Shown here: piece after piece, positions 1-9,151 of the stretch
How the letters are laid out: every line of letters begins with the position of its first letter
Position numbering within the stretch: the first letter of the stretch is position 1
Assembly (NCBI GenBank): GCA_963765575.1
Contig: CAVXWZ010000002.1
Location: 1 to 64,000 of the forward strand
DNA: 64,000 nt
Source of the DNA: an uncultured cyanobacterium
GTDB lineage: Bacteria > Cyanobacteriota > Cyanobacteriia > PCC-6307 > Cyanobiaceae
Direction of reading: 5' to 3'
Position numbers and translations under genes: made by a program
The notes under the pieces: model-generated
What the model saw: the letters and a program-made list of their open reading frames with translations, nothing else
Told to the model about the DNA's origin: nothing
The model's database searches: none

Positions 1-1067
1 TCACACCGCCCGCAGCTCGCCGGCTCGCCAGCCGCGCGCGGAAGTCGGCCACGGTGGCGGCCAGGCCCTCGGCCAGGGGGACGCGCGCCCGCCAGCCCAG
101 CGCCGCCAGGCGGCTCACATCGAGCTGTTTCTTCGGCGTGCCGTCGGGTTTGCTGGCGTCCCAGGCGATCGTGCCGGCAAACCCCGTGGCCGCCGCCACC
201 GCCTCGGCCAGCTCGCGGATGCTGAGATCCAGCCCCGTGCCCACATTCAGAAAACTCAGCGGCCCCAGGTCGTCGCCACCCGGGCCTGCGCCGCGGGGGG
301 CGCCGGGTGCATCGGGGTCCCAGTGCTCCAGCGCGTAGACGCAGGCCTCGCCCAGGTCGTCCACATGCAGGAATTCGCGCAGCGGCGTGCCGGTGCCCCA
401 GCAGCTCACACTGCTGCCGCGCCCCTGCTCCGGGCGCTCGGCAGGCCTCGTGGAAGCGGCGGATCAGCGCCGGCAGCACGTGGCTGTTGGTGGGGTGGTA
501 GTTGTCGCCCGGCCCGTAGAGATTGGTGGGCATCAGGCTGATGGCATCGAAGCCGTGCTGGCGCCGCAGCGCCTCGCAGAGCTTGATGCCGGCGATCTTG
601 GCGATCGCATACCACCCATTGGTGGGCTCCAGGGAGCCGGTGAGCAGGGCCTCCTCGCGGATCGGTTGGGCGGCGAACTTGGGATAGATGCAGCTGCTGC
701 CCAGGAACAGCAGCCGCCGCGTCCCGTGCCGCCAGGCGTTCTCGATCACCGCGGTCTCGATCTTGAGGTTGTCGAGCAGGAAATCGGCCGGGTAGCTGCC
801 GTTGGCGTGGATGCCGCCCACCTTCGCCGCCGCCAGCACCACCACCGAGGGCCGGTGCGTGGCAAACCAGCTCTCCACCGCCGCCGCGTCGCGCAGATCC
901 AGCTCGCGGCTGGGGGCGGTGAGCAGCTCACCTCCACGCGCCGGATCGCCGTAGCCGGCCCGCCCCAGCGCCCGGCAGATGGCGCCGCCGGCCAGGCCGC
1001 GGTGGCCGGCCACATAGATCCGGTCGGCCGGCGTGATCAGGGGCGTCCGCCCGGTGCGCTCACTCAC
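1..1067 (-). pseudogene. fcl: GDP-L-fucose synthase with two apparent +1 frameshifts (~443 and ~25); may be an intact gene with sequencing errors
   Basis: Hand translation from GTG at 1067 (overlapping the gmd stop) gives [44 protein letters not shown] and [12 protein letters not shown]. After skipping base 443 it gives [17 protein letters not shown] and [12 protein letters not shown]. Skipping base ~25 ends at TGA 1-3. Length 1067 = 355 codons + 2. Confidence 0.9.
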
Positions 1068-2190
1068 GGCTGCCCACCACCTGGAAGCCCTGGAGCCGCA
1101 GCAGCGCCTCCTTGCGCGCCTCCTCCTTGTCGGCCGCCACCATCTCCGCCACCAGCTCCTCGAGGCTGGTGGTGGGCTGCCAGCCCAGCTTGGCGTGGGC
1201 CTTGCTGGGGTCCCCCAGCAGCGTCTCCACTTCAGCGGGGCGGAAATAGCGCGGGTCGATGCGCACCACCGTCTCACCGGTGTCGGCGCGGTGGCCCAGC
1301 TCCTGCAGCCCCTCGCCCTCCCACACGATCGCCGGCCCTGCAGCGCTCGCCCCGCCCCAGCCCAGCTCGGCGGCGGCCAGCTCGATGAAGCGGCGCACGC
1401 TCTCCTGGCGGCCGGTGGCGATCACGAAATCCTCCGGACTGTCCTGCTGCAGCATCAGCCACTGCATCTCCACGTAGTCGCGGGCGTGGCCCCAATCGCG
1501 CAACGAATCGAGGTTGCCCATGAACAGGCAGTCGTCGAGGCCGGCATCGATGCGCGCCAGGCCGCGGCTGATCTTGCGGGTCACAAACGTCTCCCCCCGC
1601 CGCGGTGACTCGTGGTTGAACAGGATGCCGTTGCAGGCATACATCCCGTAGGACTCGCGGTAGTTCACCGTGATCCAGTAGGCATAGAGCTTGGCCACCC
1701 CGTAGGGGCTGCGGGGGTAGAAGGGGGTGCTCTCCCTCTGGGGCACCTCCTGCACCATGCCGTAGAGCTCGCTGGTGCTGGCCTGGTAGATGCGGGTCTT
1801 CTGCGTCAGCCCCAGGATGCGCACCGCCTCCAGCACCCGCAGCGTGCCCAGGGCATCGCTGTTGGCGGTGTATTCCGGACTCTCGAAGCTCACCGCCACG
1901 TGGCTCTGGGCGCCGAGGTTGTAGATCTCATCGGGCTGCACATCCTGCACGATGCGGATCAGGTTGGTGCTGTCGGTGAGGTCGCCGTAGTGCAGCTGGA
2001 AGTGCGGCAGTTCGCCGCCCGGGCCGCGCTCATGGGGGTCCTGGTAGAGGTGATCCACGCGGCTGGTGTTGAAGCTGCTGGCCCGGCGTTTGATGCCGTG
2101 CACCACGTAGCCCTTCTCCAGCAGCAGCTCGGCCAGGTAGCTGCCGTCCTGCCCCGTGATGCCGGTGATCAGGGCGGTGCGGGCGCTCAT
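1060..2190 (-). CDS. gmd: GDP-mannose 4,6-dehydratase
   Basis: [69 protein letters not shown]. Start at ATG 2190 (alternative 2199). Confidence 0.97.
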   Translation of the reverse strand: MSARTALITGITGQDGSYLAELLLEKGYVVHGIKRRASSFNTSRVDHLYQDPHERGPGGELPHFQLHYGDLTDSTNLIRIVQDVQPDEIYNLGAQSHVAVSFESPEYTANSDALGTLRVLEAVRILGLTQKTRIYQASTSELYGMVQEVPQRESTPFYPRSPYGVAKLYAYWITVNYRESYGMYACNGILFNHESPRRGETFVTRKISRGLARIDAGLDDCLFMGNLDSLRDWGHARDYVEMQWLMLQQDSPEDFVIATGRQESVRRFIELAAAELGWGGASAAGPAIVWEGEGLQELGHRADTGETVVRIDPRYFRPAEVETLLGDPSKAHAKLGWQPTTSLEELVAEMVAADKEEARKEALLRLQGFQVVGSRE

Positions 2191-2322
2191 GGGCGTCATC
2201 GGGCAGCTGACCCATTCAGGCACAGCCCGCAACGGCAAGGCCGGATACCTTCTGACAGCGGATTCGGGACTACATTTCACCACCGCCCCCCCCGGTCGCC
2301 GGGGCTCCGCACGTCCTCCCCG

Positions 2323-3670
2323 ATGCGAGCCTTCCTCAGCACCATCGCCTTGCTCACCGCCGGGGCTGTCGCCTGCCACACCCTCCCGGCCCAGGCCTTG
2401 CCCGAGGCCAGGGTGAATCTGGTGCGCATCGACGGCGACGGGGTGCAGCCCCTGCCCGACCTCACCCGGCTGCTGCGCCAGGCCAGGGCCATCGAAACCA
2501 GGCCTGAAGGCGCACCGGAGGGCGAAGCGTCAGCGGCCGAGATCGTCGCCCAGGCACTCCCAGCGGCAGTGGCCGCCGAAGCGAACGCCGGCATCTTTTT
2601 CCTGCCCTCCGCCAGCGAGGATCTGCGCATCCGCCTGCGGTCACCCCTGCCCAGCGCTGCCACTGGGGAGCTGCTGCTGCGCCTGCAGCGCTCCCCCTGG
2701 CAGGCCGCCACCAGCGGACCGGAGGCCGGCGAGGTCGTGGAGCGCCTCCCCCTCAGCGACGATCGCGTCAACCTCAGCGACGATCGCCGCTACCTGCAGA
2801 TCAACCCGGAGCGAACGCTGCAGTCGGGGGATGTGATCACCGTGGATTTCACCGCCCTGGATCTGAGTGCCCTGGGCGCGGCGGCGGATCCGGAAACCCC
2901 CGTGCGCTTCGCCCTGCCCGAAACGGCCTGCCTCTTCCAGGGCCCGGCCCTGAACCAGCAGGAGGACCAGCCGGAATCCCCCAACTCCCGTTCAGCGCTG
3001 CTGGGCGAGGAGGACGACAGCGTGGTGTTCCTGCTCTCTCCGGGCGACGATCTGGAGCTCAGCTTCAGCCGGCCCCTGCCGAGCGGCCTCAGCGGCACGC
3101 TGCTGCTGCGCGATCAGCCCTCACCGGGTGACGAACGCGTCAGTGGACCCGCCGCCGGTGAGGTGGTGGAGCGGATCGCCATCAGCTCCGAGCAGGTGTT
3201 CCGTTCCGAAGACGGCCTGTTCATGGCGGTCACCCCCCAGACCCGCCGCACCCTCGGCTGGATCACCACCCTGGATCTCTCCGAGCTCACGCTTCACCGG
3301 GATCCCGGCCGGCGGCCTGGCGGCCGTGGCGCCAGCGGAGAGCCCCCAGCGCTTCACCCTGGCCCGGCCGGCCTGTCCGATCGCCCGCAAGACCAGGCCC
3401 TGTCCGCCGATCGCCGCCCTGCCCGCCAGCAGCGCTGCGGCCAGCACGGCTGCCGTGGGCACCGGCGTGATCGTGGGCATCGCCGTGGTGGGGGCGATCG
3501 CCGCGGTGGTGCTGCTGGTGAGCGGCGGCAGTGGCGGTGGCGGTGGCCGTAACCGCGGTGGTGGCGGAAACGGTGGCGGTGGCGGCGGTGGCGGTGGTGG
3601 TGGTGGCGGCGGTGGTGGCGGCGGTGGCGGTGGCGGCGGCGGCGGTGGTGGTGGCATTCCCTCCCGCTGA
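2323..3670 (+). CDS. Secreted/surface protein with two tandem Ig-like repeats, a C-terminal TM helix and a poly-Gly tail; +1 frameshift at ~3289
   Basis: Signal peptide [25 protein letters not shown]. Two homologous repeats share SGP.AGEVVER. Removing base 3289 joins ORF 1612..3552 to the frame of ORF 3128..3670, which ends [20 protein letters not shown], Gly-rich tail, IPSR. Confidence 0.75.
3572..3655 (+). repeat. (GGY)28 trinucleotide tract encoding 28 consecutive Gly
   Basis: Uninterrupted GGT/GGC codons from 3572 to 3655. Confidence 0.95.
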
Positions 3671-3733
3671 CCCCAGCCACGGCGCCGGGGTGCGGGGCTA
3701 CGGTTCGGCCGATTCCCGCTGCTCCCCCCGGCC

Positions 3734-5221
3734 TTGACCCTGCGGCTCACCAACACCCTCAGCCGCCGCACCGAACCCTTCCAGCCCCTGGTGCCGGGTC
3801 GGGTGAGCATCTACTGCTGCGGGGTCACCGTCTACGACCTCTGCCACCTCGGCCACGCCCGCAGTTACATCGTCTGGGACGTGCTGCGCCGCTACCTGCT
3901 CTGGCAGGGCTACGCGGTGACCTTCGTGCAGAACTACACCGACATCGACGACAAGATCCTCAACCGGGCCGCCGCCGAGGACAGCTCCATGGAGGCGGTG
4001 AGCGCGCGCAACATCGACGCCTTCGTGGCCGACATGGCCCGCCTCAACATCCTCCCGCCCGACCGCATGCCCCGCGCCACCGGCTCGCTGCCGGCGATCC
4101 GCCGGTTGATCGAGGAGCTGGAGGCCAAGGGGGCCGCCTATAGCGCCGATGGCGATGTCTACTTCGCCGTGATGAAGCACGCCGGCTACGGCAAACTCTC
4201 CGGCCGCGACCTGGCCGAGCAGCAGGAGGGGGCCAGCGGCCGCCTCAGCGATGCCGAGGAGGCCCGCAAGCAGCACCCCTTTGATTTCGCCCTCTGGAAG
4301 GGCGCCAAGCCCGGCGAGCCCAGCTTTCCCTCCCCCTGGGGTCCGGGGCGGCCGGGCTGGCATATCGAGTGCTCGGCGATGGTGCGCGAGGAGCTCGGCG
4401 ACACCATCGACATCCACCTGGGCGGCGCCGACCTGATCTTTCCCCACCACGAGAACGAAATCGCCCAGTCGGAAGCCGCCACGGGCCATCAGCTGGCGCG
4501 CTACTGGCTGCACAACGGCATGGTCAACGTGGGCGGCGAAAAGATGAGCAAGTCGCTCGGCAACTTCACCACCATCCGCGCCCTGCTCGATTCCGGCATC
4601 AGCCCGATGACGCTGCGGCTGTTCGTGCTCCAGGCCCACTACCGCAAGCCCCTGGATTTCACCGCCGCCGCCCTCGACGCCGCCGCCAGCGGCTGGAAGG
4701 GGCTCAACGCCGCCCTGGGGCTGGTGGCAGCGCCGGCGGCTGGAGCCGCCGGCCTGGCGCCCGATCTCGCCGCCGCCCGCGAGCGCTTCGCCGCCGCCAT
4801 GGACGACGACCTCAACACCTCGGCCGCCCTGGCGGTGCTGTTCGAGCTGGCCCGCCCCCTGCGCTCCCTCGCCCGCCGCCTGGAGCGCGGTGATCCGGCC
4901 GCCGCCAGCGAGGCCGAGGGCTCCGGGCTGCACCAGCGCGCTTCCCTGCTGCAGGAGCTGGCCGCCGTGCTGGGCCTCAAGCCCGAACCCCCCAGCCAGG
5001 ACACCAGCAGCGACAGCGCCACAGACGGAGCCACAGATGGAGCCACAGACGGAGCCAGCTCCCCCAGCGTCGCCGAGATCGAGGCCCTGATCGCCCAGCG
5101 CCGCGCCGCCAAGGCCAGCCGCGACTTCGCCAGCGCCGACCGCATCCGCGCCCAGCTCAAGGACCAGGGCATCGAGCTGATCGACAAACCCGGCGGCGTC
5201 ACCGAGTGGCTGCGGGGCTAA
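3734..5221 (+). CDS. cysS: Cysteine--tRNA ligase
   Basis: [15 protein letters not shown] (HIGH-like), [35 protein letters not shown]-terminal motif. Confidence 0.98.
   Translation: MTLRLTNTLSRRTEPFQPLVPGRVSIYCCGVTVYDLCHLGHARSYIVWDVLRRYLLWQGYAVTFVQNYTDIDDKILNRAAAEDSSMEAVSARNIDAFVADMARLNILPPDRMPRATGSLPAIRRLIEELEAKGAAYSADGDVYFAVMKHAGYGKLSGRDLAEQQEGASGRLSDAEEARKQHPFDFALWKGAKPGEPSFPSPWGPGRPGWHIECSAMVREELGDTIDIHLGGADLIFPHHENEIAQSEAATGHQLARYWLHNGMVNVGGEKMSKSLGNFTTIRALLDSGISPMTLRLFVLQAHYRKPLDFTAAALDAAASGWKGLNAALGLVAAPAAGAAGLAPDLAAARERFAAAMDDDLNTSAALAVLFELARPLRSLARRLERGDPAAASEAEGSGLHQRASLLQELAAVLGLKPEPPSQDTSSDSATDGATDGATDGASSPSVAEIEALIAQRRAAKASRDFASADRIRAQLKDQGIELIDKPGGVTEWLRG
5018..5053 (+). repeat. 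12-bp tandem repeat x3 (GCCACAGAYGGA, encoding ATDG) in the cysS linker
   Basis: GCCACAGACGGA GCCACAGATGGA GCCACAGACGGA. Confidence 0.9.
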
Positions 5222-5409
5222 GGAATCTCTGGATCATCGGGTGGTAGGCGGCCGCTGCGATCACCAAGGCTGCTTTTGGCCGGTTTTTGAGGCTGAATCA
5301 GGTTGGATCCGTGCCGCCAGCACGTTGCTCTTGCAGCGGTTGTTGGCCAGGCCACGCCGCCTGGTGTTCTGAAAGCCGAACGGTGTTGGATCACCCGGAA
5401 GGGATGCTG
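5222..5409 (-). mobile_element. Decayed IS5-family right end: transposase C-terminal remnant and putative terminal repeat
   Basis: The minus strand reads QHPFRVI, a frameshift, then [23 protein letters not shown]. This matches the IS5 transposase C-terminal pattern EHPFRVIK.QFGF.K.R.RGL.KN. The end GGAATCTCTG abuts CTAA (a YTAR-type target) at the cysS stop. Confidence 0.7.
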
Positions 5410-5647
5410 GGCAGTGGTCCTTGAGCTGGTCCCGCTGGCTGCGCTTCTTCGTCGTCGCCTGCTGGTCATCCCTGTAGGTGCGACCTTCCGCTAGCGGGGT
5501 AACGGAAGGGGTGCGATTGCGGTTGCGCCTGCATCGGTCTGAGCAGTAACGCACGTCTGCCCATACATCCTTCCACTTCTTGCGCCATTGAAAAGGTCTG
5601 CCGCAGACTTGGCAGATCTTGGTGGGTCGGTCTGCGTGATGCGCCAT
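5261..5647 (-). CDS. DUF2256-domain small protein; the ORF runs on into the IS remnant
   Basis: [41 protein letters not shown] (CxxC...WRKKW...YCSxRC). Removing one base would give a stop at 5491-5493 and a 51-aa protein. Confidence 0.8.
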   Translation of the reverse strand: MAHHADRPTKICQVCGRPFQWRKKWKDVWADVRYCSDRCRRNRNRTPSVTPLAEGRTYRDDQQATTKKRSQRDQLKDHCPASLPGDPTPFGFQNTRRRGLANNRCKSNVLAARIQPDSASKTGQKQPW

Positions 5648-5801
5648 GCAGTTGACAAGCAGATTGTGTGAGCGGTTTCGCCAGATCTTACCCACAACAT
5701 CCAAAACAGGGAGTGAATCGTGATCGGTGCCTGCCAAGGTTCTTCACGATGCAGCACCCACTGACCGCTCCGCTTGGTCAGATGGCTGTCAGAATGCTGG
5801 G

Positions 5802-5933
5802 ATGAACCACCCCCTTTGGATGCTCGTGCCCTGGGCGATCTTTGCGGTTGCCGCTGGGGTCGAGTTCTGGCCTCTCACGGCCTTAAGGGATTCACTGGAG
5901 CGGATGTGGCAGCAGGATCAGCAGAGGGCCTGA
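5802..5933 (+). CDS. Small single-TM hypothetical protein (43 aa)
   Basis: MNHPLWMLVPWAIFAVAAGV...LERMWQQDQQRA; TGATG overlap with the next ORF. Confidence 0.55.
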   Translation: MNHPLWMLVPWAIFAVAAGVEFWPLTALRDSLERMWQQDQQRA

Positions 5934-6103
5934 TGGATAAGCTGAACTGGGGTTACATCCAACTGGGTCTTGTTGCCCTTGCCTTTGCGGGGCTGCAAAT
6001 CTGGTGGATCGGCAGTATCTTCCGTAGGCGATCTCTGACAAGGCCTATGACTGGTAACGAGTTCCGCAAGACCCTGGAAAAGATGTGGTCAAAGAAGTCC
6101 TGA
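5933..6103 (+). CDS. Small single-TM hypothetical protein (56 aa)
   Basis: MDKLNWGYIQLGLVALAFAGLQIWWIGSIFRRR...FRKTLEKMWSKKS; TM helix followed by basic residues. Confidence 0.65.
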   Translation: MDKLNWGYIQLGLVALAFAGLQIWWIGSIFRRRSLTRPMTGNEFRKTLEKMWSKKS

Positions 6104-6754
6104 GATCTCAAGCATTCCTTGGAGTCTGACATCCAGATCCAGTTGCACAGCCTGAAAATACCCGTAGACAGCAAGGGGCAAAACCTCAAGATGGCAGAGG
6201 ATTTTGGAAGAATAGGTTGCAAACTGACCACCGGTTGTCTCGTGATTTCAGGAAGCTCACGACGGGGCCAAGCATCCATCAAGCACCACGAAGTCTCAAG
6301 AACCACCATCTCTCCAATCGGGTCATTCCTTCACAAGGCCGTTCACGACTCGCAATCTGGCCAGGAATCACGGATACAATCTGGCGGCTAAAAAACCGGA
6401 GATTGACTGGTGGTGACTGGGCAACTGAGCATTCCCACAACCGATGCATTGCATCATTTCAGCACGGTTGCTTCCGAATTTCTGAATCGGAAATCGATGG
6501 CATCTGCAGTGCAAACCGCGGCAGCATCATGCCTTCGTCGTGCTTGTGCGCTTTCGGGTCTTGGCGTCGACCTTGGGCGCGACGGTTAGTGATTAAATTC
6601 ATGTTCAGAGACAACAAGACTCCGTGAACCCACACCCCCCACAGTCACAGTCACAACCAAAAACGATCAGCGAAAAGAATCTAAATTTTGCGCAGAGAAG
6701 TAGCATCTGCAAACATCCTCCCATACAAAAGCAAGAGGGACGAAGGAGATCATT

Positions 6755-7324
6755 ATGACACGATCTATTTTTTCAAAGTCTAGTGTTGCCTTGTTGATCG
6801 GCCTTGGCGTTGCCTTCGCCTCTGCAAATGCCAACACGACTGCTTTTAATCCGACACCCGAGGGGCTTCTTCAATACTTCAATTCAAAGGATTCTTCAGA
6901 ATCCAAAACGAAGCATGTTTTATCCAATCCGCGAAACTGCTTCGACCAGGACGACGGCGTGTTCACATGTTTCGTGGACTATGAGGAGACATCGACGCAA
7001 GGCACTCGTACTTGCGTCAATGCTCCTGCAAATATCTACTATGAAAATGGAAAGGTAGAGGACTCAAAATCGCTCAGTTTATACAAGCGGACGAGTGCAC
7101 AAACTGGGAGAAGGTTGCGGTTGCAACTGAGGACAAGCCTGAAGTGAAGGAGGTGCCAGCTAGCGACAATGCGGATGAGATTCAAAGTCCAAGGCTCAGA
7201 GAGTCAAGAAAAATCTCCTGCTAAACCTTGGTTGATTGGTTTGGTTGTGATCCTCGCTGGTGGAGGACTCATCTACGGGATAAAGAGAGTGAAGAGCAAG
7301 AAGGTGGACAACACTCTGGAATAG
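6755..7324 (+). pseudogene. Exported Cys-containing protein with a C-terminal membrane anchor, interrupted by two compensating frameshifts or a stop at 7145
   Basis: AAGGAG RBS at 6743-6748. Signal peptide MTRSIFSKSSVALLIGLGVAFASANA. The same frame resumes after the stop with PWLIGLVVILAGGGLIYGIKRVKSKK and TAG 7322-7324. The shifted middle frame reads FIQADECTNWEKVAVATEDKPEVKEVPASDNADE. Confidence 0.6.
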
Positions 7325-7483
7325 CCACCCATGATCAGGCGCAAACCTCTGGTCGAAAAACTCTGAGCAACAAGGGTTTCAGCGGCTCCTGGGACAGACA
7401 TCGCTGGAAAGCCAAGGGCCAGGTGGCCAGCGGGTGGGTGATGGAGCCACCGGCGCAGGCCCGGCGAAACGTTGGAATCACGC

Positions 7484-7714
7484 CTACGTCCCCGGCCGCT
7501 GCTGATCACGCATCAGCGCTTCGATCTTGCGGATGCGCTTGAGGGTGGTGGTCCACACCTCCAGCTGGAAGGCCCGGCCCTGATCCCCGGCCTCCACCGC
7601 GCTGCGGCAGCCGGCCACCAGCGCCTCCAGGTCCTCGCCCGCCTCGAAGGCGTCCCAGAGCTGGCGCTCCAGTCGCGCCCGCTCGATGAAGTTCCAACGC
7701 TGCAGAAAGCTCAT
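7484..7714 (-). CDS. Conserved-looking hypothetical protein (76 aa)
   Basis: MSFLQRWNFIERARLERQLWDAFE...FQLEVWTTTLKRIRKIE; host-like codon usage; directly downstream of the SNF transporter. Confidence 0.75.
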   Translation of the reverse strand: MSFLQRWNFIERARLERQLWDAFEAGEDLEALVAGCRSAVEAGDQGRAFQLEVWTTTLKRIRKIEALMRDQQRPGT

Positions 7715-7728
7715 CGGCCCAGCTTCGC

Positions 7729-9099
7729 TCACCCCGCCCAGGTGCGGGCCAGATCCACGATCGACACCACCAGCCCCACGGCGATCGCCGGTGGTGACAC
7801 CCAGCGCAGGGCGAACAGCAGCGCCCCCACCAGGGCCGGCGCCGTGCCCGAACCGGCCAGGTCGCCGCGGTAGCGCTCCGGCGCCCGCCAGCCCAGCAGC
7901 AGCGCCAGGGCCAGGCCGCCGGCGATCAGGAACACGCCGCCGAACACCGCGTCCATGCGCTCCAGCACCCCCACATTCAGGGCCGAGGGCAACCCCAGCA
8001 CGGCGATCACGCCCACACACAGCCACACGGCCCGGCGGCGGCTCCAGCCCAGGCAGTCCATCAGCGAGCTGGAGGGCACCTCCAGCAGCGACACCGCCGA
8101 GGTGATCGCCGCCAGGTAAGCCAGCAGGAAGAACACCACCGCCACCACCCGGCCCGCCGCGCCCAGGGACGCCAGGCCCGTGGGCAGGGCGATGAACAGG
8201 GCCCCCACCGTGCTGCCGCTCACCACATCCCCCAGCCCGAAGCTGGCCACCACCGGGAAGGTCACGCAGCCCGCCATCAGGCCCACGGCCGTGTCCATGC
8301 CCACCACCGCCACCGCCTCGCCGGAGATCGGGCTGCGGCGGTTGAGGTAGGTGGCATAGGCCAGGATCGCGCCGATGCCCGTACCCACCGAGAAGAAGGC
8401 CTGGGTGAAGGCGTTGCGGATCGTGCCCGGGTCGGTGAGTTTGGCGGCATCCCAGCGCAGCAGGAAGGTGCCGTAGCCCTCGGCGGCGCCGGGCAGGAAG
8501 GCCGCCCAGAGCAGCAGCGCCAGCAGCATCAGCAGCAGCAGCGGCATCGCCCAGCGGCTGAGCCGCTCGATGCCCCGGCGCACCCCGGCCGCCACCACCA
8601 GGCCGGTGAGGCCGAGGCTGAGCAGGTGGGCGAGCACGGCGTCGCCACCGCTGCTGATGCCGTTGAAGTAGGCCTCGGCGCCGGCGATGTCGGCCGGCAG
8701 CGGTTCACTCAGGGCATGCAGCAGGCTGCGGCCCGTCCAGCCCATCAGCACGGCGTAGTAGGCCAGGATCCCCACCGCCGAGGCCAGGAACATCCAGCCC
8801 AGGGGCGTCCAGCTGCGGCCGCCGGCGGTGACCGGGGCGATCAGGGGGGCGTGGCCGGTGCTGCGGCCCAGCACCATCTCGGCCACCAGCACCGGCAGAC
8901 ACACCACCAGCACGATCAGCAGATAGAGCACCACAAAGGCGGCGCCGCCGCCCTGGGAGGCCCGGTAGGCAAAGCCCCAGAGGTTGCCCAGGCCCACGGC
9001 GCTGCCCGCCGCCGCCAGCACGAAGCCGAGCGACGAGCCCCAGTGTTCGGGCGGTCGGCCACGGGAAAACAGGCGCGGGGCGTCCAACGACGGCGGCAT
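7729..9099 (-). CDS. Sodium-dependent transporter, neurotransmitter:sodium symporter (SNF/NSS) family
   Basis: WGSSLGFVLAAAGSAVGLGNLWGF, QAFFSVG, AAITSAVSLLE; many TM helices. Confidence 0.93.
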   Translation of the reverse strand: MPPSLDAPRLFSRGRPPEHWGSSLGFVLAAAGSAVGLGNLWGFAYRASQGGGAAFVVLYLLIVLVVCLPVLVAEMVLGRSTGHAPLIAPVTAGGRSWTPLGWMFLASAVGILAYYAVLMGWTGRSLLHALSEPLPADIAGAEAYFNGISSGGDAVLAHLLSLGLTGLVVAAGVRRGIERLSRWAMPLLLLMLLALLLWAAFLPGAAEGYGTFLLRWDAAKLTDPGTIRNAFTQAFFSVGTGIGAILAYATYLNRRSPISGEAVAVVGMDTAVGLMAGCVTFPVVASFGLGDVVSGSTVGALFIALPTGLASLGAAGRVVAVVFFLLAYLAAITSAVSLLEVPSSSLMDCLGWSRRRAVWLCVGVIAVLGLPSALNVGVLERMDAVFGGVFLIAGGLALALLLGWRAPERYRGDLAGSGTAPALVGALLFALRWVSPPAIAVGLVVSIVDLARTWAG

Positions 9100-9151
9100 C
9101 GCAGCAGAGCTGGGTTTGCACCAGTGTCATGGCCCTGGCAAGGGCCGGCCC

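Noticed and set aside
601..608. GCGATCGC (HIP1) and frequent CGATCG sites across the window
   Set aside because: A known cyanobacterial genome-wide motif; enrichment could not be quantified here.
1612..2322. N-terminal ~237 aa of the 646-aa ORF 1612..3552
   Set aside because: Mostly the antisense shadow of gmd; a signal peptide marks the real start at 2323.
3121..3810. Minus-strand poly-Pro ORF
   Set aside because: It is the reverse complement of the poly-Gly tract and overlaps cysS; no independent support.
6119..6627. ORFs 6119..6391, 6217..6627 and 5953..6309
   Set aside because: Mutually overlapping, with weak starts and no recognisable motifs.
7145..7147. In-frame TGA as selenocysteine or readthrough
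   Set aside because: The same-frame flanking residues look non-native, while the shifted frame gives a sensible Cys-containing sequence; no clear SECIS seen.
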